Shown here one piece after another: positions 26,425 through 35,489 of a stretch of DNA of 55,856 nt; within the stretch, counting starts at the first letter, position 1; the number at the start of each line of letters is the position of its first letter. A program made the position numbers and the translations under genes. The stretch comes from an uncultured Acetobacter sp. (GTDB lineage Bacteria; Pseudomonadota; Alphaproteobacteria; RF32; CAG-239), in the NCBI GenBank assembly GCA_964416205.1, contig CAYQDC010000004.1:1-55856 (forward strand), given 5' to 3'. The notes below the pieces were generated by a model. It was not told where the DNA came from. It ran no database searches and worked only from the letters and a program-made list of their open reading frames with translations.

Positions 26425-28074
26425 ATGGCAGAAGAACAGAAAGATACAACACAGCAACAGATGCCAGAATCTAATTTTGAAGAAGAAGAGGTTGCTCAAG
26501 TTGAAAAGGTCAATTTGTTTGATCAGTTATTTGCCAACAACAACAAGTTGTTGACGGTAAATGGCTCTGATTTTGCTATAAGTAATGAAACACGGCGATT
26601 GCTGGCACTGTTTTCTGATGGAACATTTTTGGTTTCAAAGGATAATCGTTTTGATGGTGCTGTTTATAACTTTGAAGCAAATGTAAAACGTCGGAAAATT
26701 CCGATTAAACCACCTCGTTTTGTTACTCTTAATGAAATAGCTGCTATTTATGCTTATGCTGAACGTGGTTCTGGTACGGTTGATGTATCTGCAGAAGAAG
26801 CTGAAGATATGCAGATGCAGATTGATTTTATTAACATCGTTCAACGCGCTTCGCAAAAAAAGGTATCCGACGTGCATATTATTGTCGGCTCATCTTCAAC
26901 GGTTCTGTTTCGTGAAAATGGTATTATGATTAAGCAAAGCGAATACGGAGGTGAATGGGGTGAGGCCTTTGTACGTTCTGTATTTGCTTCGGCAGATATT
27001 TCGGATTCCAACTATTCACAAAACGAATTTCAAGGTGCTCAAAAGCTAGGTTCTACGCCATTGCGTGGATCTAAGGGTAAATTGATGCTGCCACATAACG
27101 TTTTGGCTATTCGTTTGCAATTTAATCCGATTGCGTTCGGCTCACAATACTTGGTTATGCGTCTACTGTATGCAGATGATAACCCTGAAGGGAGTTCTGA
27201 CTTGCGTTCCCTCGGTTTGGGAAAATATGAGGAAGATTTGTTCTACAAAATGCGCAGCATGGCTGTTGGATTAAATGTTGTTGCAGGTCCGACCGGTTCT
27301 GGAAAGTCCACAACGTTGCAACGTAATATGATTAAATTGTTGCAAGAAAAAAATTATCAAATAAATCTTTTGACAGTGGAGGATCCACCTGAATATCCTA
27401 TTCCTGGTGCACGACAAATGCCTGTTACGAATGCAAATACCGAGGAGGAGAAGAACGAACAATTTACAAAAGCGTTGTCTGCTGCTCTTCGTTCTGATCC
27501 GGATGTTATCCTGGTTGGTGAAACGCGTTCTCTTTCTACTGCAGAGTTAACTTTTAAAGGTGCTTTGTCTGGTCATGGTGTGTGGACTACTTTGCACGCC
27601 AACTCGGCACCGGCTATTGTTACCCGTTTGCGAGATATGGGTATACAGCCATATTTGCTGAATGATCCGGAATTGGTTAAAGGTTTGGTTTCGCAACGTC
27701 TGTTTCGAAAACTTTGTCCGAATTGCAGGCAATCTATTAAAACAAAAGAAGGCTCTCCGGAATTTGAACGTTTGCGCAATGCACTGGGAGATTATGGTAT
27801 TGAAAATGTTTATGTCAGTGGTCCTGGATGTAAGGCTTGCGGATATAAAGGGTTTAAGGGAAGGATGGCCGTTGATGAGATTATTTTGCCTGATTCATAT
27901 TTCTTGCGCCTGATGATTGATAATGAAACAGCAAAGGCTATTGACTACTGGGTTAGTGAATTGAATGGTCGTCCATTAAAAGACGCAGCTATAGAGCGAA
28001 TGATTAAAGGACAAATTGATATGGATGAAGTTGAACGCTGGTGTGGCTTAATTGATCAGCGTCCAGTATATTAA
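26425..28074 (+). CDS. pilQ: Type IVb pilus assembly ATPase (PilQ/BfpD, GspE/PilB family)
   Basis: SDVHI, GPTGSGKS, TVEDPPE, LRSDPDVILVGE, GHGVWTTLHANS, CPNC...CKAC. Confidence 0.92.
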   Translation: MAEEQKDTTQQQMPESNFEEEEVAQVEKVNLFDQLFANNNKLLTVNGSDFAISNETRRLLALFSDGTFLVSKDNRFDGAVYNFEANVKRRKIPIKPPRFVTLNEIAAIYAYAERGSGTVDVSAEEAEDMQMQIDFINIVQRASQKKVSDVHIIVGSSSTVLFRENGIMIKQSEYGGEWGEAFVRSVFASADISDSNYSQNEFQGAQKLGSTPLRGSKGKLMLPHNVLAIRLQFNPIAFGSQYLVMRLLYADDNPEGSSDLRSLGLGKYEEDLFYKMRSMAVGLNVVAGPTGSGKSTTLQRNMIKLLQEKNYQINLLTVEDPPEYPIPGARQMPVTNANTEEEKNEQFTKALSAALRSDPDVILVGETRSLSTAELTFKGALSGHGVWTTLHANSAPAIVTRLRDMGIQPYLLNDPELVKGLVSQRLFRKLCPNCRQSIKTKEGSPEFERLRNALGDYGIENVYVSGPGCKACGYKGFKGRMAVDEIILPDSYFLRLMIDNETAKAIDYWVSELNGRPLKDAAIERMIKGQIDMDEVERWCGLIDQRPVY

Positions 28075-28090
28075 AAAGGTGTGATAGAAC

Positions 28091-29209
28091 ATGAAAAAAG
28101 ACGAATCCAACAATAGCTCTTTTGGTAAAGCAATGAAATCTCTTAATTCGCTGGAGGTTTCGTTTGCTCGGTTCAGAGTTGGCATGGCAGGTAAAGCTCG
28201 TCTTAAAATTTATAAAAAACTGGCGTCGCTTTTGCGTAATAGATTTTCGTTGATGAATGCTTTGGATGTTATGTACGATAGTATTACCGATAACGGCAAA
28301 CATTCTGGCGAACCAATGGCTATTGCTATTGCATCTTGGGGAAAATCATTGCAAAACGGTAATGCTTTTTCTGATGCCTTGAAAGGATGGGCGCCCAGCC
28401 GTGAGCGGCTTATGCTTTCTGTTGGTGATATGTCTGATTTGGAAAGTGCATTGCTTAATTTGATAAAAGTGGTTGAAGGTACGGAGAAAATGTTGAAACC
28501 GATTATCGGTGCTATTGCGTATCCGTCCTTTTTGCTCTTAATGTCGGTATTGGTTATTTATGCTATTGGTGTGTACATGGTTCCACCAATGATGGATGCG
28601 GCTCCTAGTGCACGTTGGAGTGGTACTGCAAAAGATCTGGTTGCTGTTTCTCTCTGGATACAAAAAAACTGGCTTATTGCTTTCTCATTTTTTCCTGCTC
28701 TTTTTCTTTTGATTTATGCAACTATCGGTGTTTGGACAGGTCCGACACGCAAAGCTATTGATGATTGCCCGCCGTGGTCGTTATATAAAATGTTTATGGG
28801 TATTACCTGGCTTTTGTCATTATCGGCTCTGATTAAAAGCGGGGTTCCTATTTCTGTGGCTTTGCAGTCGCTGAGAGGCGATTCAAATCGCTATTTACGA
28901 GAAAGAATCGATCGTACCATGGATTTTATTAAAAACGGTGATAACCTCGGACAAGCTCTCTCTAAAACAAAATTAAATTTTCCAGATAAGGATATCGTTG
29001 CTGATTTACGAATTTATGCTGAATTGGATAACTTTGAAGAGGCTCTTGACCGGTTGGCAAATGATTGGCTAGATGAATCAGCTGAAGCTGTTGAACAAAA
29101 AGCGTCAATTTTAAATATGGTGGCGATGTTTGCTATTTCTGGTATTATTGCATGGGCGGTATTTGGTGTTTTTGAAATGCAAGATCAAATTACCAGTGCG
29201 ATGGGGTAA
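28091..29209 (+). CDS. pilR: Type IVb pilus inner-membrane platform protein (PilR/BfpE, GspF family)
   Basis: Two GspF-like cytoplasmic repeats (NGNAFSDALKGW; NGDNLGQAL), AIAYP TM, PPWSLYK. Confidence 0.88.
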   Translation: MKKDESNNSSFGKAMKSLNSLEVSFARFRVGMAGKARLKIYKKLASLLRNRFSLMNALDVMYDSITDNGKHSGEPMAIAIASWGKSLQNGNAFSDALKGWAPSRERLMLSVGDMSDLESALLNLIKVVEGTEKMLKPIIGAIAYPSFLLLMSVLVIYAIGVYMVPPMMDAAPSARWSGTAKDLVAVSLWIQKNWLIAFSFFPALFLLIYATIGVWTGPTRKAIDDCPPWSLYKMFMGITWLLSLSALIKSGVPISVALQSLRGDSNRYLRERIDRTMDFIKNGDNLGQALSKTKLNFPDKDIVADLRIYAELDNFEEALDRLANDWLDESAEAVEQKASILNMVAMFAISGIIAWAVFGVFEMQDQITSAMG

Positions 29210-29214
29210 TTGTT

Positions 29215-29868
29215 ATGTTTTTTTCGGAATATATTGCAAAATTTCTGTCCGAGTTGCTTTCCCTAAAAAAAAAGTCGCTGCGTTTTTATAACGACAGGAG
29301 TAGGATTAGTAGATTTATTGCTCTTTATTTTGTTGCACATAAGGAATTGTTTTTTAAACTTTCAATTCCTATTTTTATTATGTTTTTTGGGTTTTATGCT
29401 TGCTGTTCTTCTCAAAACGATATTAAGAATAATATTGCTGATTTGTTTGTTGTTGCAGATGAAATTCGTTTGTCTTATGCGGATAAGCCAGATTATTGGG
29501 GACTTTCCACTGATACTATAATAAAAGGTAATATTGTTTCTAAACATTTTAACAAAAGGGATCGCCTCATTCTTTCTGGCGGTTTAAATATTCTCGTTGG
29601 AAGCGGAATTAAGGCTGAAACAATTATGCCACGTATGCTTACTTTTGATATTATAGCTTCTGATTTGACCAAAGCTCAATGTATTGCCTATGTTGAAACA
29701 TCGTTAAAAGATGAACAACTTGTTGCTCTTGAGCAAATCACGATAAATAACAATAGTGGTTATCATATATTCAGTTGGGGCGGAGAAAATCCCCTACCTG
29801 TACAAAAATATGCCAGTAAAGATTTATGTGATGACGGTAGAAATACAATTATCTGGACATTAAAATAA
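29215..29868 (+). CDS. PilS-like type IVb pilin-domain protein lacking a class III signal motif
   Basis: TM helix, ADEIRLSY...DYWGL, FDI...LTKAQC...ASKDLCDDGRNTIIWT (pilin D-region Cys pair); occupies the pilS position after pilR. Confidence 0.6.
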   Translation: MFFSEYIAKFLSELLSLKKKSLRFYNDRSRISRFIALYFVAHKELFFKLSIPIFIMFFGFYACCSSQNDIKNNIADLFVVADEIRLSYADKPDYWGLSTDTIIKGNIVSKHFNKRDRLILSGGLNILVGSGIKAETIMPRMLTFDIIASDLTKAQCIAYVETSLKDEQLVALEQITINNNSGYHIFSWGGENPLPVQKYASKDLCDDGRNTIIWTLK

Positions 29869-29871
29869 AAG

Positions 29872-30819
29872 TTAGAATATTGGCTGTGATTGTGCCATTT
29901 TTGCTGCCTGCATTTCTATTGATGTTGCTAGATTAAGTTTTCCACTGCGGATTATAGAGCGTACAGAGCAACCTTTATTCAGATCTGGATTGGCAAATAA
30001 AGTTTCAATTTTCGGATGCCGATGGTTTTTTATTCCGATCAAATCCTGCTTAATTATAGCTAAAATACCACGTGATAATATGTCATAAGCTGAGCTTTCA
30101 CTCATGCTAAAACTTGCGTATTTGATCAAGGAGCTTAAACAATCCGTAATGGAGCTGGCATGTATGGTTGTTAAGACCAAATGCCCAGATATTGATGCAC
30201 GTAAACATTCACAGGCCGCATCAGGTGTTCGTATCTCACCGATAAATATGTACCGTGGTTTTGAGCGCAATGCAGATTTTAAAGGATCTCGCCAATTATC
30301 ATTGCTGATCTCTGTTTGTTTACAGAAGCCAATAGAGCCATTAAATGATTGATATTCTCCTTCTAAAGGCATTTCAGCCGGATCTTCAATTGTATAGGCA
30401 AAACCGCCCTCTAAATTGAGATATTCTGCCAGTAAACTTGATATGGCCGTTGTTTTTCCAGAGCCTGTTGCCCCACCCCAAATAATCAACCCGCTTTGCG
30501 CTGAGAGAGACAGGATATATTGAATAAAACGACGGTCAAAATTTAAATTATGTATACTTGGAACTGTCAAAGGTATGCGGCGCAGACAATACATCTCACC
30601 ATTTATGCTTAATATATTTTCAATACGAAAGAATGTTCCCTTGTAATTCATGGAGTAGGAACTTGTATCGTGCTTGATAGCCATTAATTGATTATAGAAA
30701 TTTTCTTTATCATCCGGTGTAACTTTTTTTAAACTGTTTTGATATTTTTCATCCGAAATATAAAAATCTTTATTTGAATTAATGTATAAATCCGAAAAAT
30801 TATATTGCAAGAGTTCCAT
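29872..30819 (-). CDS. PilT/DotB/BfpF-like ATPase (probable pilus retraction ATPase)
   Basis: FSDLYI, LRRIP, GATGSGKT, TIEDPAE, ALRSKPRYIFIGEIR, SGHLVLTTIHASS, SVRSIIRSG (AIRNLIRE-like); 315 aa. Confidence 0.8.
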   Translation of the reverse strand: MELLQYNFSDLYINSNKDFYISDEKYQNSLKKVTPDDKENFYNQLMAIKHDTSSYSMNYKGTFFRIENILSINGEMYCLRRIPLTVPSIHNLNFDRRFIQYILSLSAQSGLIIWGGATGSGKTTAISSLLAEYLNLEGGFAYTIEDPAEMPLEGEYQSFNGSIGFCKQTEISNDNWRDPLKSALRSKPRYIFIGEIRTPDAACECLRASISGHLVLTTIHASSITDCLSSLIKYASFSMSESSAYDILSRGILAIIKQDLIGIKNHRHPKIETLFANPDLNKGCSVRSIIRSGKLNLATSIEMQAAKMAQSQPIF

Positions 30820-30852
30820 CTACTTCTCCAAACACATTACGTCGTCTTATTG

Positions 30853-31383
30853 CTAGATATTTTTTATGTTATTTATAGAACTGTCTATAAGATGACTATA
30901 ATCGGTTTTGGTTAATTTTAAGCTAATGGTTTGTTTTAATATTTCAATTGTCCTCTTACTGATAAGAGCGTTTAATTCTTTGCTGGCTTGCTCAAATTCC
31001 TGTTCTATCTTGGAGTTGGCTTCATTTTGTTTTCTTTGAAGAAAAATATTCAACTCGGCTATTTTTTTCTCTCTGGTTTCATTTATAATGTTTTCCCGTT
31101 CTGAAATAATCTGGGCGATTTCCTTATCTGTTTCAGCAAGTTTTCTTTCATAATCAGCATATAATTTTTGAGCTTCTAACTTTAAATTTTCAGCTTCTTC
31201 CAATTCCGTTTTTATGCGGGATATCCGTTTTGTTATTAAACCTGAGAAGACTCTGACTATAGGTTTAATTAACATAATGACAATCAATACAAATGCAATT
31301 GCAACCCAAAATTCTGCACTTTGATAAAATAATTCCTCATGTATTTCTGCTTCTGCCACAGCACTTTGCATCGCATTATTCAT
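30853..31383 (-). CDS. atpF: ATP synthase F0 subunit b
   Basis: AEFWVAIAF TM, RISRIKTELEEAENLKLEAQ coiled coil. Confidence 0.9.
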   Translation of the reverse strand: MNNAMQSAVAEAEIHEELFYQSAEFWVAIAFVLIVIMLIKPIVRVFSGLITKRISRIKTELEEAENLKLEAQKLYADYERKLAETDKEIAQIISERENIINETREKKIAELNIFLQRKQNEANSKIEQEFEQASKELNALISKRTIEILKQTISLKLTKTDYSHLIDSSINNIKNI

Positions 31384-31863
31384 TTATTTGTCCTCTTCTG
31401 ATGAAACTTTATCAATATCTGCAGCAGATATATCAAGTCCTAAACGCAACGCTAAGGATTGAGCCACAATCTTAGATATTTCTTCAATTTTAGCAATACT
31501 CTCAGCTTTGTCGCGATCAAGTTTTGCCTCGTTAGCGGTAATTGTTTTTTTTAATTCTAGATTAATAGCTTTTTCTTTTTCAGCAATCATTACCTTTAAC
31601 TCATTTTCGCTTTGCTTTATTTGCTCGGTGGCGTTGGTTTTGGCCGCAGCAATGGCATCTTCATAGTGTTGTAATGAAGCTAATGCTTTTTTATTCATTT
31701 GTTCAGCTTTCAGGATATAATCATCATATTTGCGCTTTCTGGCTTCAACCATATCAGCAATACGAGGAACGATAAACCTATCCATAATCAGCCAAAAAAC
31801 AATAAAAGTCAGCACCACCCAAAAAATTTGTGTTACATATGTTGATATTTCAAGCTGCGGCAT
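31384..31863 (-). CDS. atpF2: ATP synthase F0 subunit b'
   Basis: MPQLEISTYVTQIFW...VPRI, a typical b' N-terminus. Confidence 0.9.
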   Translation of the reverse strand: MPQLEISTYVTQIFWVVLTFIVFWLIMDRFIVPRIADMVEARKRKYDDYILKAEQMNKKALASLQHYEDAIAAAKTNATEQIKQSENELKVMIAEKEKAINLELKKTITANEAKLDRDKAESIAKIEEISKIVAQSLALRLGLDISAADIDKVSSEEDK

Positions 31864-31877
31864 TTTACTTCCAGATT

Positions 31878-32114
31878 TTATTTATTCAACATTATCAGAG
31901 CAACAACTAAGCAATACAATGCGATGGCCTCAACCGCAGCAAAGCCTGCCCAGCCGTATGTATCAACATCTTTTTTTACCTGAGGATTGCGTCCTACAGT
32001 TTCAATCATAGCAATCCAAAGTTTTGCAACGCCCCATGCTGATGCGGCCATCGGTAGAGTACACAGAGCAGCTCCGATATAAATAGTAGCTTCTGAAGCA
32101 ATTGTTGTATCCAT
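31878..32114 (-). CDS. atpE: ATP synthase F0 subunit c
   Basis: 78 aa hairpin, RNP loop, ion-binding Glu in AVEAIALY. Confidence 0.92.
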   Translation of the reverse strand: MDTTIASEATIYIGAALCTLPMAASAWGVAKLWIAMIETVGRNPQVKKDVDTYGWAGFAAVEAIALYCLVVALIMLNK

Positions 32115-32139
32115 GGTATTTCCTTTCCTATCTGGTTAA

Positions 32140-32862
32140 TTAATGATAATGTAAAGCATCGCCTAAATATATACAAGACAATATTGTATAAATATAAGCC
32201 TGCAGTACGGCAATAAACATTTCAAACGCTATAATACAGCTGTCAAAAATCAATGGAATCGCCCCAAAAATACCAAGGCTTATGATAAATCCAGCAATGA
32301 TTTTTAGCATAATATGTCCTACCGTCATATTCGCAACAAGTCTGACAGTTAAGCTAAATGGTTTTGAAAGAAAAGATATTGTTTCTATCGGAATGATCAG
32401 CGGAGCGAGTGGCCATGGGATTCCTTTGGGCATAAATGTTCTGAGATAACCCCATTTTTTCTTTTTTATTCCGACAAATATATTTACTGCCAGAGCAAAT
32501 AAAGACAACGTCCCCACCGCAGCCAGATGTGATGTAAACGTAAAACTGTAAGGTAACAGTCCCATCAGATTTCCAGATGCGATAAAAAGGGATAGCGTAA
32601 AAATAAACGAAAAATATTTTAATCCGTCTTTACCTACATTATCTAAAATTAGTTTACGTTCAAACTCATACAAACTCTCAGGTATGCTCTGAGCCATCCC
32701 TGGAATTAAAGTCCTTTTGCGAAGACATAACGCGAAGATAAGGATAACGGTAATGGCTGATAAGACCATGCATAACGAAGAATTCGTAAAACTAATATCA
32801 TATCCATTCAGTTCAAGCGGAATAATCTTCTTTATTTCAAATTGTTCCATCGGACTTGACAC
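32140..32862 (-). CDS. atpB: ATP synthase F0 subunit a
   Basis: SPMEQF, SFTNSS, GNLMGLLPYSFTFTSH, RLVANMTVGH, LQAYIY. Confidence 0.96.
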   Translation of the reverse strand: MSSPMEQFEIKKIIPLELNGYDISFTNSSLCMVLSAITVILIFALCLRKRTLIPGMAQSIPESLYEFERKLILDNVGKDGLKYFSFIFTLSLFIASGNLMGLLPYSFTFTSHLAAVGTLSLFALAVNIFVGIKKKKWGYLRTFMPKGIPWPLAPLIIPIETISFLSKPFSLTVRLVANMTVGHIMLKIIAGFIISLGIFGAIPLIFDSCIIAFEMFIAVLQAYIYTILSCIYLGDALHYH

Positions 32863-32873
32863 AGCTAACTCCC

Positions 32874-33179
32874 CTATTTTTCTCCGTCTTTATCTAAACT
32901 CTTAATATAGCGGTATGCATTTAACATTCCTGCACATCCTCCGAATATGGTAAATATTACCAATAATACAAACTTAAAGTCAAATATTTCATTTAACATA
33001 TACCCCAATGCTGCGCCGATAACTGTCCCTGAAGCCAGCTCCACACCCAAACGCAATCCAATAGCAATTTGGGAAAAATTCGTATGTTTATTTTCATTGT
33101 TTTCCTTTTCTGACGTTTTGTTTTTTATCTTGGCAATCTTTTTTTCCAACGTTTTAATATCTTCGGGAATTTGCTGCAT
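32874..33179 (-). CDS. atpI: ATP synthase protein I (AtpZ/AtpI family)
   Basis: GLRLGVELASGTVIGAALGY...GGCAGMLNAYR; upstream of atpB. Confidence 0.85.
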   Translation of the reverse strand: MQQIPEDIKTLEKKIAKIKNKTSEKENNENKHTNFSQIAIGLRLGVELASGTVIGAALGYMLNEIFDFKFVLLVIFTIFGGCAGMLNAYRYIKSLDKDGEK

Positions 33180-33187
33180 ATCTAAAT

Positions 33188-33895
33188 CTAACCTTTGTTT
33201 ATCCGATTATTCAGGTATTCTTTCAAATCATCATAGTTGCGGGAACCTCTTATCAAGTCTTTTCCGCTTTTACCTTCCACTATAAAGGATGGGGTTCCGC
33301 TAATTCCAAATGTTTTAATGGCATTATTAAAGGTTAATAATATATCGCTTGTCAGTTTTTTATCATCATCGCATATTTTTATATCCGTTTCATTCATTCC
33401 GAAATCCTGTGCATATTTATTCAGTGTTTTGTCTTTTCCGGAGAGAAACCAATCTCTCTTTTTATATAAGGCAGAGATGAAATCTTCGTATTTTTCCGGA
33501 GGCAGGCAATATGACAATTTGGCAGCACGCATTGATACGGCATCTATGGGAAAGTGAATAAAAATGAAACGTACTTTTCCCGTTTTAACAAAATCACGTT
33601 CTAATTTTGGATAAATAAACTGATGAAAATCATTGCAATGAGAACATGCCATTGAAGAAAAAGCATATATGGTTAGCGGAGCTTTTTCATCTCCCCAAAC
33701 ACGCTTTTGCTTTTCACCAAGCAAAACATCACCTTCAACATGTATGGCAAATTCGTCCTTAGCCTGAGCTGTGTTTGACAATACAGGAGTACCGTCCACA
33801 AAGATGAAGCCTTTTGCCGTCAAATAGCCATAGGCTGCCATGATATATACAACAATCAATGCCAATATTCTGCTTATTCTCTTAATGATTTTCAC
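33188..33895 (-). CDS. dsbA: DsbA-family thiol-disulfide oxidoreductase
   Basis: GDEKAPLTIYAFSSMACSHC, GKVRFIFIHFP, cis-Pro GISGTPSF. GTG 33895 fits the GGAGG RBS; the track gives 33901. Confidence 0.88.
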   Translation of the reverse strand: MKIIKRISRILALIVVYIMAAYGYLTAKGFIFVDGTPVLSNTAQAKDEFAIHVEGDVLLGEKQKRVWGDEKAPLTIYAFSSMACSHCNDFHQFIYPKLERDFVKTGKVRFIFIHFPIDAVSMRAAKLSYCLPPEKYEDFISALYKKRDWFLSGKDKTLNKYAQDFGMNETDIKICDDDKKLTSDILLTFNNAIKTFGISGTPSFIVEGKSGKDLIRGSRNYDDLKEYLNNRINKG

Positions 33896-34427
33896 AGCCA
33901 CCCTCCTTTTGATTAGACAGGATTATACTTTCGCCCAATTTTATTAAAATTTCCTTTAATCTTTCGTCTTTTATATCCTTCACAATTATTTCCAGCCATT
34001 GTTTTTCACTTTCTTTTATTTTTTTTTCCTTTTTTGCGTTCTTCTGCACAAAAGAAGTAACTGGCTTACGTTTTATATTCTGTGAGATATTCAGTTTATG
34101 AACGGCCTTATAGCCAAAATAGGAATTAAGCTTGTCCAAAACGATCTCTTCACAGTGCTGCAATTCAAGCGCATATCCTCCAGCCGGTACTTCCACGAAC
34201 AATGTTCTTATATTTTCACGCGAATTGAACTTTGCTTTAACTGGAAAACAAAAAGCGGCAATTTGCTCTCCTATTATATATTTCCAATTCAGCAAGATGT
34301 CTATCTCCACCATATCCTCGGCAGATATCACATCCTTGACAATCGGTCTAAATATGTTTCCCAGACTTTCCAAATCATTACCATGATGTTCTTTGGATAT
34401 GTTCAGTTTTACCTTTTTCTTTTTCAT
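33882..34427 (-). CDS. DUF721/DciA-family protein
   Basis: LLNWKYIIGEQIA...P.K...ALELQH...LNSYFGY; upstream of dsbA as in other alphaproteobacteria. Confidence 0.8.
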   Translation of the reverse strand: MKKKKVKLNISKEHHGNDLESLGNIFRPIVKDVISAEDMVEIDILLNWKYIIGEQIAAFCFPVKAKFNSRENIRTLFVEVPAGGYALELQHCEEIVLDKLNSYFGYKAVHKLNISQNIKRKPVTSFVQKNAKKEKKIKESEKQWLEIIVKDIKDERLKEILIKLGESIILSNQKEGGCENH

Positions 34428-35346
34428 CGTTTTCTTCTTCCTGTTGTTGCGTCAACGGATGATGTCTTTTAATCTCATCTATTAATTTTTTCGTTGTTAT
34501 ATGCGTATAAATTTCCGTTGTTACAATATTTTCATGACCAAGCATTTTTTGAATTGAACGCAAATCAGCCTTATTATTTACCAATTTTGTTGCAAATGAA
34601 TGTCTTAACACATGCGGATGTACTTTTTCTGGCGGAATCCCCGCTTTAATTGCTAATTTCTTCAATCCTTTAAAAAATCCATCCCGGGTAATATGTCCGC
34701 ACTCTGAACGCGTGGATGGGAAAAGCCAGTTGTTTTTTTTTTCTTTTATAAATTTGTCCCGATATTCTAGATATTCAAAAACTTCTGCAATAGTACCTTT
34801 TGTAACTGGAACAATTCTCTCTTTACTTCCTTTGCCATATATTAGTATCTGGTGCTTGTCATAATTTATAGCATTTTCAGGCAGAGAGACAAGCTCCGAT
34901 ACCCGCAAACCTGATGCATACATTAGTCTGACCATTACATTCATTCTTTTTAATGCAAATTTTTTTCCCTTTTTAGCAACCATACACATTTTTTTTATCT
35001 CCTCTGCCGTTAAAAATAATGGCAGATTTTTACCGACTTTAGGTATTCTTAATTTGGTTGCAGGGCTTTCTTTGACAATTTTTTCACTTTGCAAAAATTT
35101 AAAAAACTCTCTAATGCTTGAAATTTTGCGTGAAATAGTTTTCGGCAAATTACCTGCGTCTTTTAATTTCTTAAGATATTTTTCTATATCATCTGTTTTA
35201 ACTTCACGAATATCTGTTGGTGATATAAACGCTATAAATTGTTTTATATCATTTCTGTAAGCTTGCAACGTATTTAATGCCGCTCCCTCCTCTACCGCTT
35301 TTACATCCAAGAAATAATCTATATAGTCATCCGTTTTTTCTAACAT
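34378..35346 (-). CDS. xerD: Tyrosine recombinase XerD
   Basis: NTLQAYRND, LMYASGLRVSEL, GKGSKER, HPHVLRHSFAT, LGHENIVTTEIYTH; divergent from aroK. Confidence 0.9.
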   Translation of the reverse strand: MLEKTDDYIDYFLDVKAVEEGAALNTLQAYRNDIKQFIAFISPTDIREVKTDDIEKYLKKLKDAGNLPKTISRKISSIREFFKFLQSEKIVKESPATKLRIPKVGKNLPLFLTAEEIKKMCMVAKKGKKFALKRMNVMVRLMYASGLRVSELVSLPENAINYDKHQILIYGKGSKERIVPVTKGTIAEVFEYLEYRDKFIKEKKNNWLFPSTRSECGHITRDGFFKGLKKLAIKAGIPPEKVHPHVLRHSFATKLVNNKADLRSIQKMLGHENIVTTEIYTHITTKKLIDEIKRHHPLTQQQEEENDEKEKGKTEHIQRTSW

Positions 35347-35348
35347 AA

Positions 35349-35489
35349 TTATTTACTCAACTTTAATTCAATATCTGTTTCAATGCGCTTCGGCTCCGGC
35401 GTAATATCCTTACACGCCGTATACACTATCCCCAAAACAATTATGCTGGCAACTGCATAAACCCAGATTTTCTGGTTATTGTTTTTCAT
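35349..35489 (-). CDS. Small (46 aa) single-TM protein upstream of xerD
   Basis: Manual translation MKNNNQKIWVYAVASIIVLGIVYTACKDITPEPKRIETDIELKLSK; GGAGA RBS; stop 2 nt before the xerD ATG; below the ORF-track cutoff. Confidence 0.7.
   Translation of the reverse strand: MKNNNQKIWVYAVASIIVLGIVYTACKDITPEPKRIETDIELKLSK

Noticed and set aside
21979-29209. Type II secretion system or Tad pilus
   Set aside because: Lipoprotein secretin, TcpQ domain, PilO-like protein and pilL-N-O-P-Q-R order match T4b pili; no GspC/L/M, pseudopilins, Flp or TadZ are seen.
31878-32114. Na+-translocating ATP synthase
   Set aside because: The Q...E-S/T sodium-binding signature is absent (EA; no Gln in helix 1).
34378-34427. 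50-bp xerD/dciA overlap as a frameshift or pseudogene
   Set aside because: All XerD catalytic motifs lie upstream and both frames are intact; most likely a drifted stop codon.
34378-35346. Tyrosine recombinase as the integrase of an ICE carrying the T4SS
   Set aside because: Sequence and context (divergent aroK, dciA-dsbA-atp downstream) fit housekeeping XerD; core atp genes separate it from the secretion locus.
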